DNA from: Maritimibacter sp.
GTDB lineage: Bacteria > Pseudomonadota > Alphaproteobacteria > Rhodobacterales > Rhodobacteraceae
DNA: 63,929 bases
Assembly: GCA_037379985.1 (NCBI GenBank)
Contig: JARRIY010000001.1
Location: 1-63,929, forward strand
Direction: 5' to 3'
Shown: positions 36,901 to 47,150 of the stretch, in pieces
Layout: the number at the start of each line of letters is the position of its first letter
Numbering within the stretch: the stretch's first letter is position 1
Position numbers and translations under genes: made by a program
The notes under the pieces: model-generated
The model's input: the letters and a program-made list of their open reading frames with translations, nothing else
Told to the model about the DNA's origin: nothing
Databases searched by the model: none

Positions 36901-38601
36901 TTGCCCAATCTGCGTTTCTTGCACCACATTGCCCTGTCCGCATTTCTGTCCGCGCTGTCGATCCCGGCACAGGCTCAGGACGATCTGGCGGGCCCCTATC
37001 TGGCGGCGCTGGTCGCGGATCGGGCGGGCGATTATCAGACACTGGTGGAGTATGGCGCAAAGGCGCTGGAGTTTGATCCGACAAACGCTCACCTGATGGA
37101 AGGTATCTTGCTGGCCGAGCTCGGGCTGGGTCAGATTGATGAAGCAGTTCCGCTGGCCGACAGGCTGAGCGAGCTGGATGAGGAACACCAGCTGGCCGGG
37201 CTGGTGCATCTGGCAAATGCGCTTAAACGCGAAGATTGGCAGGCGGCAAGCGCGGCATTGGACAAGGGGCAGGCCCTGGGTGGGTTGACTGACCAGCTTG
37301 TGCGTGCCTGGGTCGCGGTTGGCGATGGCAAGATGAGCCGCGCGATTGAGCTTTTCGATACGCTTTCTGCGGGCGGCAATGGCGGGATGGTCTTGCTGCA
37401 GAAAGCCATGGCGCTGGCAATGGTCGGCGATTACGAAGGTGCCGCTGATCTGCTTGGTGGCGGGCAACAGGTGCTGAGTCTGAACCAGCCCGGGATCGTC
37501 GCCTATGCGCAGGTGCTCAGCCAGCTCGACCGCAACGATGATGCTGCTGATCTGCTGGATCAGGCGTTTCCCGGAACAGAAGATCCCGATCTGACCGAAA
37601 TGCGCGCGGCGCTTGCGGCGGGTGACACCCTGCCTTTCACCGCAGTTGCCGGACCGCGCGAGGCGCTGTCGCAGCTTTTCTACGAGGTTGGGCAATCCAT
37701 TCGGGGCAAGACCGATCCGGGACTGGTGCTGCTTTACGCGCGGGTCGCGGAATATCTGGATCCTGATAATATCGGTGCCCGGCTGCTGTCGGCGCTGGTG
37801 CTGGAAGACATGGAGAATTATCCGCTGGCCGCCGAGGCGTATTCGCAGATCGGGCCGGGTGAGCGTGCTTATGTGCAGGCAAGGATCGGTCAGGCGACCT
37901 CTCTGCGCCAGATGGAAGACGTTGAAGCGGCGATTAAGGTGCTGAAAACCGCGATTGAAATCGCGCCCGAAAGCCCCGCTTTGCAATCCGCGCTGGGCGA
38001 TACGCTGCGCTTTGAACAGCGCTATGGCGAGGCGCTGGATCACTACAAAGCTGCGATTGCGCTGTATCCTGAGGGAAAGCCCGCTAGCTGGAGCATCTAT
38101 TTCGCCCGCGCGATTTGCTATGAGCGTACCGGCGATTGGCCGGCTGCTGAGGATGATTTCCGTAAGGCGCTGGAGCTGTCGCCCGATCAGCCCTCGGTGC
38201 TGAACTATCTGGGTTATTCCTATATCGTGAAGGGCGAGCATTTCGACGAAGCGGTTGATATGATCCGGCGCGCGGTTGCGGGGCGTCCCTATGATGGCTT
38301 TATCCGCGACAGTCTGGGCTGGGCCTTTTTCCAGCTTGGCAATTATGATGATGCTGTCGTCGAGATGGATCGGGCGGTGGAGCTGAAGCCGCTTGACCCG
38401 GTGCTGAACGATCATTTGGGCGATGCCTATTGGGCGGTGGGGCGCAAACGCGAGGCGGAATTCCAATGGAGCCGCGCGCTGTCTTTCATCACCGATGAGA
38501 CCGATCTGGACGAGCTGAAACCCGACCGCATCCGCCGCAAACTTGAGGTTGGTCTGGACAAGGTGATCGAAGAAGAAGGTGGGGAGCCGCTCGCAAAATG
38601 A
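36901..38601 (+). CDS. Exported tetratricopeptide repeat protein
   Basis: Signal peptide; TPRs with LNYLGYS, DSLGW and DHLGDAYWAVGR; ATGA overlap with ispE. Confidence 0.9.
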   Translation: MPNLRFLHHIALSAFLSALSIPAQAQDDLAGPYLAALVADRAGDYQTLVEYGAKALEFDPTNAHLMEGILLAELGLGQIDEAVPLADRLSELDEEHQLAGLVHLANALKREDWQAASAALDKGQALGGLTDQLVRAWVAVGDGKMSRAIELFDTLSAGGNGGMVLLQKAMALAMVGDYEGAADLLGGGQQVLSLNQPGIVAYAQVLSQLDRNDDAADLLDQAFPGTEDPDLTEMRAALAAGDTLPFTAVAGPREALSQLFYEVGQSIRGKTDPGLVLLYARVAEYLDPDNIGARLLSALVLEDMENYPLAAEAYSQIGPGERAYVQARIGQATSLRQMEDVEAAIKVLKTAIEIAPESPALQSALGDTLRFEQRYGEALDHYKAAIALYPEGKPASWSIYFARAICYERTGDWPAAEDDFRKALELSPDQPSVLNYLGYSYIVKGEHFDEAVDMIRRAVAGRPYDGFIRDSLGWAFFQLGNYDDAVVEMDRAVELKPLDPVLNDHLGDAYWAVGRKREAEFQWSRALSFITDETDLDELKPDRIRRKLEVGLDKVIEEEGGEPLAK

Positions 38602-39425
38602 TGGCGAAAACCTTTGCTCCGGCGAAAATCAATCTGTGTCTGCATGTCACCGGCCAGCGGGCCGATGGCTATCACCTGCTCGACAGTCTCGTGGTGTTTG
38701 CCGATCAGGGCGACCGGGTCACGGTGATGCCCGCCGAGGAAACCACGTTGGAGGTCACCGGGCCGATGGCGGCGGGTGTGCCAGCCGATGACGGCAATCT
38801 GGTGATGAAAGCCGCGCGGCTGTTTGATCATCCGGTTTCGATTACGCTGTCCAAGCATCTGCCGATGGCGGCGGGGATCGGTGGCGGCTCGTCCGATGCT
38901 GCAGCCACGCTGTTTGCCATGGCCGATCTGATCGGCACGACCGACCTGCCTGCCGGAGCGGGCGATCTTGGTGCCGATGTTCGGGTTTGCCTGCTGCGTC
39001 AGGCCGCGCGGATGCGTGGGATTGGCGAGGACGTGTCGCCCATCGAAGGGATGCCGGAGCTTTATGCGGTGCTGGCCAATCCCGGTGTGGGTGTTTCGAC
39101 GCCGGATGTGTTCAAAGCCCTGGATGACAAGAACAACGCGCCGCTGCCCAAGCGCATCCCGCGTTGGCGTGGCACCTGGTCGGCGATTGATTGGCTGGCC
39201 CAGCAACGTAACGATCTGGAAGCCCCGGCGATTGCGATTGCCCCGGTGATCGGGGATGTGCTGAAGGCGTTGGCAGATCTGCCGAATGCGCGGCTCGCCC
39301 GCATGTCTGGCTCCGGGGCTACGTGTTTTGCGCTGTTCGAAAGCCGTGATGAGGCCGATACCGCCGCCGAGAAACTGGCCCAGACGCAGCCCGATTGGTG
39401 GGTGAAAGCCGCGACCCTGCGCTGA
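38598..39425 (+). CDS. ispE: 4-diphosphocytidyl-2-C-methyl-D-erythritol kinase
   Basis: APAKINL, GYHLLDS, PMAAGIGGGSSDAA and MSGSGATCF. Confidence 0.96.
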   Translation: MMAKTFAPAKINLCLHVTGQRADGYHLLDSLVVFADQGDRVTVMPAEETTLEVTGPMAAGVPADDGNLVMKAARLFDHPVSITLSKHLPMAAGIGGGSSDAAATLFAMADLIGTTDLPAGAGDLGADVRVCLLRQAARMRGIGEDVSPIEGMPELYAVLANPGVGVSTPDVFKALDDKNNAPLPKRIPRWRGTWSAIDWLAQQRNDLEAPAIAIAPVIGDVLKALADLPNARLARMSGSGATCFALFESRDEADTAAEKLAQTQPDWWVKAATLR

Positions 39426-39462
39426 TCGGCTCAGGATCAGGTTTTGGATCTGGGCGGCTTGC

Positions 39463-40461
39463 TCAGTTCAGCCGGGCCACTACGTAATCGGCAATATCCG
39501 ACAGCAGATCGCGCAGCTCGTGCTGGGGTAGATCCTGCAATGCCGCCTTGGCTTTCTCCGACCAAGCCAGGGCCTCTTTCCGGGTCTCTTCCAGCGCGCC
39601 ATGTTTTTCCATCAGCGCCAGCGCGGTATCGAGATCGCCCTCACTCTGCTGACCCTTCTCGATGGTCCGCTGCCAAAATGCCCGCTCTTCCGCGTCGGCT
39701 TTCGCGATAGCTTTAATCAGCGGCAGGGTCAGCTTCCGGTCGCGGAAATCGTCGCCCCGGTTTTTGCCAATCCCGTCATCGCCCCAGAAATCCAAGAGAT
39801 CGTCAGCGATTTGGAAAGCGATCCCCATCGCATCACCGTATTCATGCAGAGCTCGCACCTGGGTTTCGCCGGATCCGGCAATCACGCCGCCCACTTCGGT
39901 GGCGGCGGCAAACAGTGCGGCGGTCTTGCCGCGCACAACTTTCAGATAGATCTTTTCGTCGGTGCTCAGATCCTGCGCGGCGGTTAGCTGCAGCACCTCG
40001 CCCTCGGCAATCGTCGCAGCGGCATCGGACAGAATGCGCAGCACCCGCATTTCGCCGGTTTCCGTCATCAGCTGGAACGAGCGGGCAAACAGGTAATCCC
40101 CGACCAGAACGGAGGATTTGTTATCCCAGAGCAGATTGGCGGTGGGCCTGCCGCGCCGCTGTTCCGATCCATCGACCACGTCATCATGCAGCAGGGTGGC
40201 GGTGTGGATAAATTCCACGGTGGTGGCCAGCAGCACATGGTGGTTGCCCCGATAGCCCATCATCCGGGCGGCCGCGAGGGTCAGCATCGGGCGCAGACGC
40301 TTGCCGCCCGCTTCAATCAGATGGGCGGAAATCTCTGCGATGCGCGGCGCATATTCCGACGACATGCGCGACCGAATCATCTCGTTCACGGCCGCGAGAT
40401 CTTCAGAAAGAAATTCGGCAAGCCGATCATGCGGTTGATGCGCTGTAGCGTCTTTCATCAT
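39463..40461 (-). CDS. ispB: Polyprenyl (deca/octaprenyl) diphosphate synthase
   Basis: GGKRLRP, LLHDDVVD...RRG and FQIADDLLD; start about 40461/40458. Confidence 0.92.
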   Translation of the reverse strand: MMKDATAHQPHDRLAEFLSEDLAAVNEMIRSRMSSEYAPRIAEISAHLIEAGGKRLRPMLTLAAARMMGYRGNHHVLLATTVEFIHTATLLHDDVVDGSEQRRGRPTANLLWDNKSSVLVGDYLFARSFQLMTETGEMRVLRILSDAAATIAEGEVLQLTAAQDLSTDEKIYLKVVRGKTAALFAAATEVGGVIAGSGETQVRALHEYGDAMGIAFQIADDLLDFWGDDGIGKNRGDDFRDRKLTLPLIKAIAKADAEERAFWQRTIEKGQQSEGDLDTALALMEKHGALEETRKEALAWSEKAKAALQDLPQHELRDLLSDIADYVVARLN

Positions 40462-40532
40462 CACCACTCTGTGTTCCCATCCCCACGCTCTTTTTCTCGA
40501 CTCAACCCCGGGACAGAGGATAAGCCTTTCAG

Positions 40533-40751
40533 ATGAAAGAGCTTCTGCGCACAAATGACCCGACCATCATAGCCTTTGCAACGGCGCTTTTAGACGGTGA
40601 AGGTATAACGACCTTTGCCATGGACGTCCATATGAGCACGTTGGAAGGATCAATAGGAATTTTACCCCGTCGTCTTATGGTGCATCCAGACGATATCACG
40701 CGTGCACGACGTGTATTGAGAGATAATGGAATTGAGTGCGAGGAGCGATAA
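40533..40751 (+). CDS. DUF2007 family protein
   Basis: MKELLRTNDP...LEGSIGILPRRLMV. Confidence 0.85.
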   Translation: MKELLRTNDPTIIAFATALLDGEGITTFAMDVHMSTLEGSIGILPRRLMVHPDDITRARRVLRDNGIECEER

Positions 40752-40752
40752 T

Positions 40753-41514
40753 ATGGGATTTGCCCGTGCTGACCTGACAAATGACAAATTCATGGGCGGG
40801 CAGCTGATGCTGATGCAACCGCGTAATGGATATCGCGCCGGGGTTGATCCGGTTTTTCTGGCGGCCTCGATTGCTGCCCATGAAGGCGAACGAGTGCTTG
40901 ATCTCGGATGCGGGGTTGGGGCGGTTGGTCTCTGCCTTGGTTCCCGCGTGAAGGGGCTGGAGATTGTTGGGGTTGAGCGGCAGAAAGATTATGCCGATCT
41001 CGCCCGGATCAATGCATTTGATAATGATATTCAGATGGACGTGGTTGCGGCTGATCTCACCGATCTGCCTGCCGAAGTGAAAGAAGAAAGCTTCGATCAC
41101 GTGGTGATGAACCCGCCCTATCATCTGCGCGAGCAATCAACCACGTCAGAGGATGCCGGGCGCGAGGCGGCGCTGTTCGAAGACACCCCGCTGGCAAGCT
41201 GGATTGATGTGGCCACCAAACGGCTGAAACCGCGCGGTTATCTGACCATGATCCAGAAGGTTGAACGGTTGCCCGAGATTCTGGCCGCGATGGATGATCG
41301 GCTTGGCTCGGTTCTGGTTAAACCGCTGACGGCACGGGAAGGCCGGGCGGCCTCGCTGGTGCTGGTGCAGGCGCGCAAAGGCGGACGCGGTGCCTTCCGG
41401 TTGGCCACGCCGCTGGTGCTGCATGACGGGGCTGAGCATGTGGGCGATAAAGAAAGCTATCGTCGTGAAGTCTCGGCTATTCTGCGTGACAGCGCTCATC
41501 TGCCGATGTGGTAA
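40753..41514 (+). CDS. SAM-dependent methyltransferase (tRNA1(Val) A37 N6-methylase-like)
   Basis: QPRNGYRAGVDPV, VLDLGCGVG and NPPY. Confidence 0.88.
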   Translation: MGFARADLTNDKFMGGQLMLMQPRNGYRAGVDPVFLAASIAAHEGERVLDLGCGVGAVGLCLGSRVKGLEIVGVERQKDYADLARINAFDNDIQMDVVAADLTDLPAEVKEESFDHVVMNPPYHLREQSTTSEDAGREAALFEDTPLASWIDVATKRLKPRGYLTMIQKVERLPEILAAMDDRLGSVLVKPLTAREGRAASLVLVQARKGGRGAFRLATPLVLHDGAEHVGDKESYRREVSAILRDSAHLPMW

Positions 41515-41631
41515 CGCCTGCGGCGGCACCATGCCGCAGGGCACAAACCTGCAACGATTTCGTGACAAGACTCAAATTCTGTGTTGCACTGATTACGTGA
41601 AGATTGCCCAAAGCAATATAAGGAGACGGCC

Positions 41632-41799
41632 ATGAAAGTTGACGCGCATCTCAACGAACTTCGCAAGAAGCATGAAACGCTTTCCGAACGGGTTGCAAAG
41701 ATGCAGCAAAGCCCTTCAGTGGATGATCTGGAAATTGTGGCGCTTAAAAAGGAAAAACTGCGCCTGAAAGAAGAAATTTCGCGTCTGTCGATGGCCTGA
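41632..41799 (+). CDS. YdcH/DUF465 family small coiled-coil protein (55 aa; not in ORF track)
   Basis: MKVDAHLNELRKKHETLSERV...LKKEKLRLKEEISRLSMA; AAGGAG RBS. Confidence 0.88.
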   Translation: MKVDAHLNELRKKHETLSERVAKMQQSPSVDDLEIVALKKEKLRLKEEISRLSMA

Positions 41800-41806
41800 C
41801 CTCAGG

Positions 41807-42682
41807 CTAGGCCCTGTGGTTGGCCCGATGGCCAGCCCGGGCGGCAAGCGCGGCGCCAGCGGTGATCAGAACCGCGGCCAGAATAACCTCGCGGCGTGGT
41901 TCGGCCATGCCCGCGAGGATCAAGGCGAGCGTTGAAAGCAGCGGCGCGGCATAGGAGGCCGTACCGAGAAGCTGGATATCACCGCGCTTGACGCCAACAT
42001 CCCAGGTATAGAAGGCCAGACCCACGGGGCCGAGGCCAAGCCCCAGAATTGCGGCCCAGCCCATGCGGGTGGCGGGCCAGACCGTCTGTTCAAACAGACC
42101 ATGTGCCAGCGCCGAGAGCGCGGCTGTGGCCAGGCAGAACACGGCCACCGAGGCAGTGGGCGTGGCGCCAAGGCGGCGCGACAGCACCGAATAGCCCGAC
42201 CAGGTGAGCGCGCAGAGCGCGGCAAAGCCATAGCCGGGCAGCGCGCCGGGGCTGACGCCCGACAGGCCACTGGCCACGATCAGCGCCGCGCCGGAAAACG
42301 CCACCAGCGCGCCGATCACATGGCCCGTGCGCAGCCGCTCGCCGGGCAGAAGCCCCGAGAGCAGCACGATCAGCAGCGGCCAGAGATAGGCGATCAGCCC
42401 GGCTTCGGCGGCGGGGGCCAGCCTGAGGGCGGTGAAATAGAAGGCGTGATAGCCGAACAGCCCGGCGGTGCCGAAAGCATAGACCCGCCAGTTAACCCGG
42501 CGCAGCTGGCCGATGCCGCCGCTGGCAAAGCTCCAGATCAGCCCGACCGTGCCGCCGATGGCGAAGGTCAGGGCGTTCAGCTGAAAGGGCGGCACTGGCG
42601 CGGTAGCGACAGTGAACAGCGCCAGAAGCGCCCAGAGCAGCACGGCCGAAAAGCCGATTGTGGTGGCGAGAGAGCGGGTCAT
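41807..42682 (-). CDS. EamA/DMT family transporter (YddG-like)
   Basis: About 10 TM helices; LIAYLWPLLIV and SYAAPLLST; ATG 42682. Confidence 0.88.
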   Translation of the reverse strand: MTRSLATTIGFSAVLLWALLALFTVATAPVPPFQLNALTFAIGGTVGLIWSFASGGIGQLRRVNWRVYAFGTAGLFGYHAFYFTALRLAPAAEAGLIAYLWPLLIVLLSGLLPGERLRTGHVIGALVAFSGAALIVASGLSGVSPGALPGYGFAALCALTWSGYSVLSRRLGATPTASVAVFCLATAALSALAHGLFEQTVWPATRMGWAAILGLGLGPVGLAFYTWDVGVKRGDIQLLGTASYAAPLLSTLALILAGMAEPRREVILAAVLITAGAALAARAGHRANHRA

Positions 42683-42698
42683 CCTGCCCAGATGGCAC

Positions 42699-42727
42699 AA
42701 AAAAACCGGCCCCGGAAGGCCGGTTTT
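42699..42727 (-). terminator. Intrinsic terminator after phbB
   Basis: AAAACCGGCC...GGCCGGTTTT inverted repeat with a T7 tract on the - strand. Confidence 0.8.
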
Positions 42728-42739
42728 GCAAAACGGTAT

Positions 42740-43462
42740 TCAGACGACGAACTGCCCGCCATTCGCGGTGATCGTCGAGCCGTTCAGAAACTCTGCTTTG
42801 TCATCGGCCAGGAACAGTACGCAGCGCGCGATTTCTTCTGGCTCGCCCAACCGTCCGGCCGGGATTTGTTCGATGATCGCTTCCAGAAAATGCTCCGGCA
42901 CGGCCATCACCATATCGGTGCCGATATAGCCCGGGCAGATGGCGTTGGCGGTGATGCCAAAGCGCGCGCCTTCCTGCGCCAGAGATTTCACGATGCCCAG
43001 GTCGCCTGCCTTGGTGGCGGCATAATTCACCTGACCAAATTGACCTTTCTGCCCGTTGATCGAGCTGATCACGATGACCCGGCCAAATTCACGCTCGCGC
43101 ATCCCCGGCCAGATCGGGTGCTCGGTGTTGAACACGCCGGTCAGGTTGGTCGCCACCACCTCGTTCCACTGATCCGGGGTCATTCTGTGAAACGGCGCGT
43201 CGCGGGTGATGCCCGCATTGGCGACCACGATCTCGATCGGGCCCAGATCCTCTTCCACCCGGGCGATCCCGGCGGCGCTGGCCTCGTAATCGCCGACATC
43301 CCATTTATAGGCCGTGATGCCGGTTTCAGCGGTGAAGGCCTCGGCGACCTGATCATTACCGGCATAGCTCGCTGCCACCTGATAACCAGCCGTTTTCAGC
43401 GCCACCGAGATCGCAGCGCCGATCCCGCGGGTGCCGCCGGTGACGAGGGCGGTTCTGGACAT
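42740..43462 (-). CDS. phbB: Acetoacetyl-CoA reductase
   Basis: TGGTRGIG, NAGITRD, SSINGQKGQFGQVNYAATK; ATG 43462 after GGAGG. Confidence 0.95.
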   Translation of the reverse strand: MSRTALVTGGTRGIGAAISVALKTAGYQVAASYAGNDQVAEAFTAETGITAYKWDVGDYEASAAGIARVEEDLGPIEIVVANAGITRDAPFHRMTPDQWNEVVATNLTGVFNTEHPIWPGMREREFGRVIVISSINGQKGQFGQVNYAATKAGDLGIVKSLAQEGARFGITANAICPGYIGTDMVMAVPEHFLEAIIEQIPAGRLGEPEEIARCVLFLADDKAEFLNGSTITANGGQFVV

Positions 43463-43556
43463 GTTTTCCTCCCATTTCCGATTCACGTAAGTAATGCTAT
43501 TGCTGAAAACTGTAGAGCATACGCAATAAAGTTGCACAATGAATTTCTGCGTGTGC

Positions 43557-43585
43557 AAAATAAAACGGGGCGCCGAAGCGCCCCG
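43557..43585 (-). terminator. Intrinsic terminator between phbA and phbB
   Basis: CGGGGCGC-TTCG-GCGCCCCG followed by TTTTATTTT on the - strand. Confidence 0.75.
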
Positions 43586-43607
43586 CATGATCGGAATGTT
43601 AGTTGGG

Positions 43608-44783
43608 TCAGGGCCGTTCGAGGCACATCGCCACGCCCATACCGCCGCCGATGCACAGAGTGGCAAGGCCTTTTTTTGCCTCGCGAGCCTTCATCGCGTA
43701 GAGCAGCGTGGTCAGGATCCGTGCGCCGGAAGCCCCAATCGGGTGGCCGATGGCAATGGCTCCGCCATTCACGTTGACCTTGGCCGGATCCCAGCCAAGC
43801 TCTTTGTTCACCGCCAACGCCTGCGCGGCGAAGGCCTCGTTGGCTTCGATCAGATCAAGATCACCGACGCTCCAGCCCGCCTTTTCCAGCGCTTTGCGGC
43901 TCGACGGGATCGGGCCGGTGCCCATGATCGACGGATCAACCCCCGCGGTGGCCCAGCTCGCGATCCGCGCCAGCGGGGTCAGCCCGCGTTTTTCGGCTTC
44001 ATCTGCCGACATCAGGATCACCGCCGCTGCGCCATCGTTGATGCCAGAGGCATTGGCGGCGGTCACGGTGCCGTCGCGATCAAAGGCCGGGCGCAGCTTT
44101 TGCATCGCCTCAATCGTGGCGCCGTGGCGGATATATTCATCCTGATCGACGATGATATCACCCTTGCGAGTCTTCACCGTGACCGGGGCAATCTCATCGG
44201 CAAAGGCTCCGGATGTCTGCGCTGCTTCGGCTTTGTTCTGCGAGGCAACGGCGAATTCATCCTGCATTTCCCGGGTGATAGAGAATTTCTCTGCAACATT
44301 TTCGGCGGTCACACCCATATGGTAGCCGTTGAATGCATCCCACAGCCCGTCGCGGATCATCGAGTCGATGAACTTGGTGTCGCCCATCTTGTGGCCTGCG
44401 CGCAGATGCGCCACATGCGGGCTGAGGGTCATGTTTTCCTGCCCGCCAGCCGCCAGGATTGAGGCATCGCCAAGCTGGATTTGTTGGGCGGCAAGGGCGA
44501 CGGCGCGCAGCCCCGAACCACAGAGCTGATTGAGCCCCCAGGCTGCGCTTTCAATCGGCAGCCCGGCATTGATATGGGCCTGACGCGCCGGGTTTTGGCC
44601 CTGACCGCTGGTCAGCACCTGGCCCAGAATGGTCTCGGATACCTCGGATTTGTCGATGCCGGCGCGGGCGACGGCGGCTTCCAGCGCCACACGGCCAAGA
44701 TCATGCGCGGGGGTGCTGGCAAAGGCGCCGTTGAAGCTGCCAGTGGCAGTGCGCGCGGCAGAAACGATTACAACATTGGTCAT
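43608..44783 (-). CDS. phbA: Acetyl-CoA acetyltransferase (beta-ketothiolase)
   Basis: [21 protein letters not shown] and LCIGGGMG. Confidence 0.96.
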   Translation of the reverse strand: MTNVVIVSAARTATGSFNGAFASTPAHDLGRVALEAAVARAGIDKSEVSETILGQVLTSGQGQNPARQAHINAGLPIESAAWGLNQLCGSGLRAVALAAQQIQLGDASILAAGGQENMTLSPHVAHLRAGHKMGDTKFIDSMIRDGLWDAFNGYHMGVTAENVAEKFSITREMQDEFAVASQNKAEAAQTSGAFADEIAPVTVKTRKGDIIVDQDEYIRHGATIEAMQKLRPAFDRDGTVTAANASGINDGAAAVILMSADEAEKRGLTPLARIASWATAGVDPSIMGTGPIPSSRKALEKAGWSVGDLDLIEANEAFAAQALAVNKELGWDPAKVNVNGGAIAIGHPIGASGARILTTLLYAMKAREAKKGLATLCIGGGMGVAMCLERP

Positions 44784-44907
44784 GTTTTTCCTCTCCTGTC
44801 AGTCGCGCGCAGGCTCATATGCAGCCCAACCGGCCAGTCTCCTCCCGACCGGTTGCAATCGGAGTGCGATGGGCATTTTCCGCTCGCGCGTCTGCAGAAT
44901 TGTTATT

Positions 44908-44918
44908 CTGCATTGCAG
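44908..44918. promoter_or_regulatory. Putative PhaR operator upstream of phbA
   Basis: CTGC-ATT-GCAG fits the CTGC-N3-GCAG type PhaR site recalled for Rhodobacter/Paracoccus; TGC-rich context. Confidence 0.55.
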
Positions 44919-45065
44919 CATAAATCAACCCGGAGAGGGGTGGGCCGACGAGGGCATGGTTGTGGGATCGCTTCACATTGGGGTGAAGACGGATCAGGAA
45001 GAGCGACTCGGGAAAGCCTCGCCCAGAACGACTGGCGCGAGGATCTTTGGCCGAGCAGGCGGTTC

Positions 45066-45914
45066 TCAGGCGTGGCGGCGCTGATCTTCGGCCTGCCACC
45101 ACGGGCGGACCGTGGGTGAGCCAAAGAAATATCCCTGCATTAGATCACAGCCCGCATTCATCAGAAACTCTGCATCCTCAAGCGACTCAACGCTTTCGGC
45201 CACGGTGACCATGTCAAAATGACTGGCGAGCGACAGCATGGCTTCGGTGATGACCTGATTGTCGGGATTTTCAGAGATCCCGCGAATGAAGGCACCATCG
45301 ATCTTGAGGATATCGAAGTAGAAATCCTTGAGATAGCGGAAGGCGGTATAGCCCGCGCCAAAATCATCAAGCGCGAAGGAAATGCCATAGCCCTGCATCT
45401 CGCCCATAAACACCTGCACCAGATCCGGCATCACGATGGCGGTGCGTTCGGTGATTTCCAGAATCAGCCGTTCGCCAGCGGTCGGGCAGCTTTCCAGCCC
45501 TTTGCGCAGGGTCTCCATCCAGCCGGGATAGCCAATGGAACGAGCAGAGAGGTTGATCGACAGGCGCAGCGAGGGTTCCTGCTCCAGGGTTTGAAAGCCA
45601 AGCTCCAGCGCCAGCATGTCCAGCTTGCGCCCCAGCTCATGGCTTTCCACCGCATCGATGAAATCTGCTGCCGGGATCATTCGGCCAGTGTGATCCTGAA
45701 CCCGGATAAGCCCTTCGTAGAAGGCGGGCACTTCCGGATTATCGGCGCGCACCACAGGCTGATAGGCCAGCTTCACATGCCCCGTTTCAACGGCATGGCG
45801 AACCATTGAGAGCGTCTCACGATCGCGTTGGGCAATCGCAAATGACAGCGGGCTGCTATATTCCAGCGGCGCGTCGTCAATGGGGTCAGTCTGCTGCTGA
45901 TTGATCATGTTCAC
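45066..45914 (-). CDS. Stand-alone EAL-domain c-di-GMP phosphodiesterase
   Basis: YQP, YEGLIR, SINLS, LEITE, LDDFGAG, KIDG, AESVE and QGYFF; start 45914 or 45908. Confidence 0.92.
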   Translation of the reverse strand: MNMINQQQTDPIDDAPLEYSSPLSFAIAQRDRETLSMVRHAVETGHVKLAYQPVVRADNPEVPAFYEGLIRVQDHTGRMIPAADFIDAVESHELGRKLDMLALELGFQTLEQEPSLRLSINLSARSIGYPGWMETLRKGLESCPTAGERLILEITERTAIVMPDLVQVFMGEMQGYGISFALDDFGAGYTAFRYLKDFYFDILKIDGAFIRGISENPDNQVITEAMLSLASHFDMVTVAESVESLEDAEFLMNAGCDLMQGYFFGSPTVRPWWQAEDQRRHA

Positions 45915-46020
45915 CTCTTCTCAGTAGGTGCATGAAAACCGAATAAGTCCTAATAAGCTGTAAAAGTTTGGGGCTAGAGTTAATAAAAAAGCATTCCAGC
46001 GGGCCAAAGGAGCGGGTGAA

Positions 46021-46575
46021 ATGGGTGAGCGATGCGGATGGTGTGGAGATGATCCGATCTATGTGGCCTATCACGATCAGGAATGGGGTGTGCCGGAATA
46101 TGATGGGCGCGCGCTGTGGGAAAAGCTGATTCTCGATGGGTTTCAGGCTGGGCTGTCCTGGATTACCATATTGAAAAAACGTGATAATTTCCGTGCTGCG
46201 TTTCAGGGGTTCGATCCGGAGATTATCGCCACCTGGGGCGAGGATGAGGTGCTGCACCTGCTGCAGGACGAGGGGATTATCCGCCATCGCGGCAAGATTG
46301 AAGCCACCATCGGCAATGCCCGCGCCTATCTGGATCTGGGCGGTTCGGAAACGTTTTCTAAAATGATCTGGGACTATGTCGGGGGCGTGCCTCTGGTTAA
46401 TGAAGCCGACAACCCAGAGGTGATTCCCACCAAGTCGAATCTATCGACACAGATCTCACGCGACCTACGCAAAGCCGGGTTCAAATTCGTCGGGCCGACG
46501 ATCATCTATGCCTGGATGGAAGCCTGCGGGCTGATCAATAATCACATCATCGGGTGCCCGGCGCGGCGGGTCTAA
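46021..46575 (+). CDS. tag: DNA-3-methyladenine glycosylase I
   Basis: RCGW, YHDQEWG, FQAGLSW, FKFVGPT and NNHIIGC. Confidence 0.95.
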   Translation: MGERCGWCGDDPIYVAYHDQEWGVPEYDGRALWEKLILDGFQAGLSWITILKKRDNFRAAFQGFDPEIIATWGEDEVLHLLQDEGIIRHRGKIEATIGNARAYLDLGGSETFSKMIWDYVGGVPLVNEADNPEVIPTKSNLSTQISRDLRKAGFKFVGPTIIYAWMEACGLINNHIIGCPARRV

Positions 46576-47126
46576 TCGGCTGAGATCGCAGCTTCGATCA
46601 GCGCATGTGCCTCGGGGCTGGACCAGTCGGCCCCGCCGATCAGTCGCCCGATTTCATTGCCGTCGCGATCCAGCAGCATGGTCACGGGCGGAGCGATTAC
46701 GCCCATCATGCTGGACACGGCCCGTTTTGGGTCGAGCAGAATCGGCAGTGCGTCGATTTCATATCTCTCGAGAAAGCGGTTCAGCCCCGCCGGGTGATTG
46801 TAGCCAAAGGCGATGGGCACCACCGCGAAATCATCGCCGCCCAAGTCACGCTCCAATGCGTTCAGTGCGGGCATCTCTTCCCGGCACGGCACGCAGGAGA
46901 CCGACCAGAAATTCAACAGCACCACTTTCCCCTGATAATCAGCCAGGCTGTGGGTGCCGCCGCTCGGGTCGGTAAACTCGGCCTGGCTCGCCGGTTTGGG
47001 GGGTGTGGCAAGCGCCATCCGGGTCATCTCGCCCACGCGCAGCGCCTGCAGCGCGGTTGTCTCGGCCAGCACAGGGTTTGCGCCCATCAAAAGGGCCGCG
47101 TATAGCAGGGCGAAACGCAGAGACAT
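46572..47126 (-). CDS. tlpA: TlpA-family disulfide reductase
   Basis: Signal or anchor sequence; [16 protein letters not shown] and GGADW; ATG 47126; divergent from argH. Confidence 0.85.
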   Translation of the reverse strand: MSLRFALLYAALLMGANPVLAETTALQALRVGEMTRMALATPPKPASQAEFTDPSGGTHSLADYQGKVVLLNFWSVSCVPCREEMPALNALERDLGGDDFAVVPIAFGYNHPAGLNRFLERYEIDALPILLDPKRAVSSMMGVIAPPVTMLLDRDGNEIGRLIGGADWSSPEAHALIEAAISAD

Positions 47127-47150
47127 TTTCTTCTCCAGAGGCCGGACGCC

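Noticed and set aside
40533-40751. AT-richer DUF2007 gene as a foreign insert
   Set aside because: It is in its usual ispB/methyltransferase context; composition is plausibly due to overlap with the divergent promoter
45915-46020. Possible CtrA sites upstream of the EAL gene
   Set aside because: Only half-sites or multi-mismatch matches in AT-rich DNA; too weak to call
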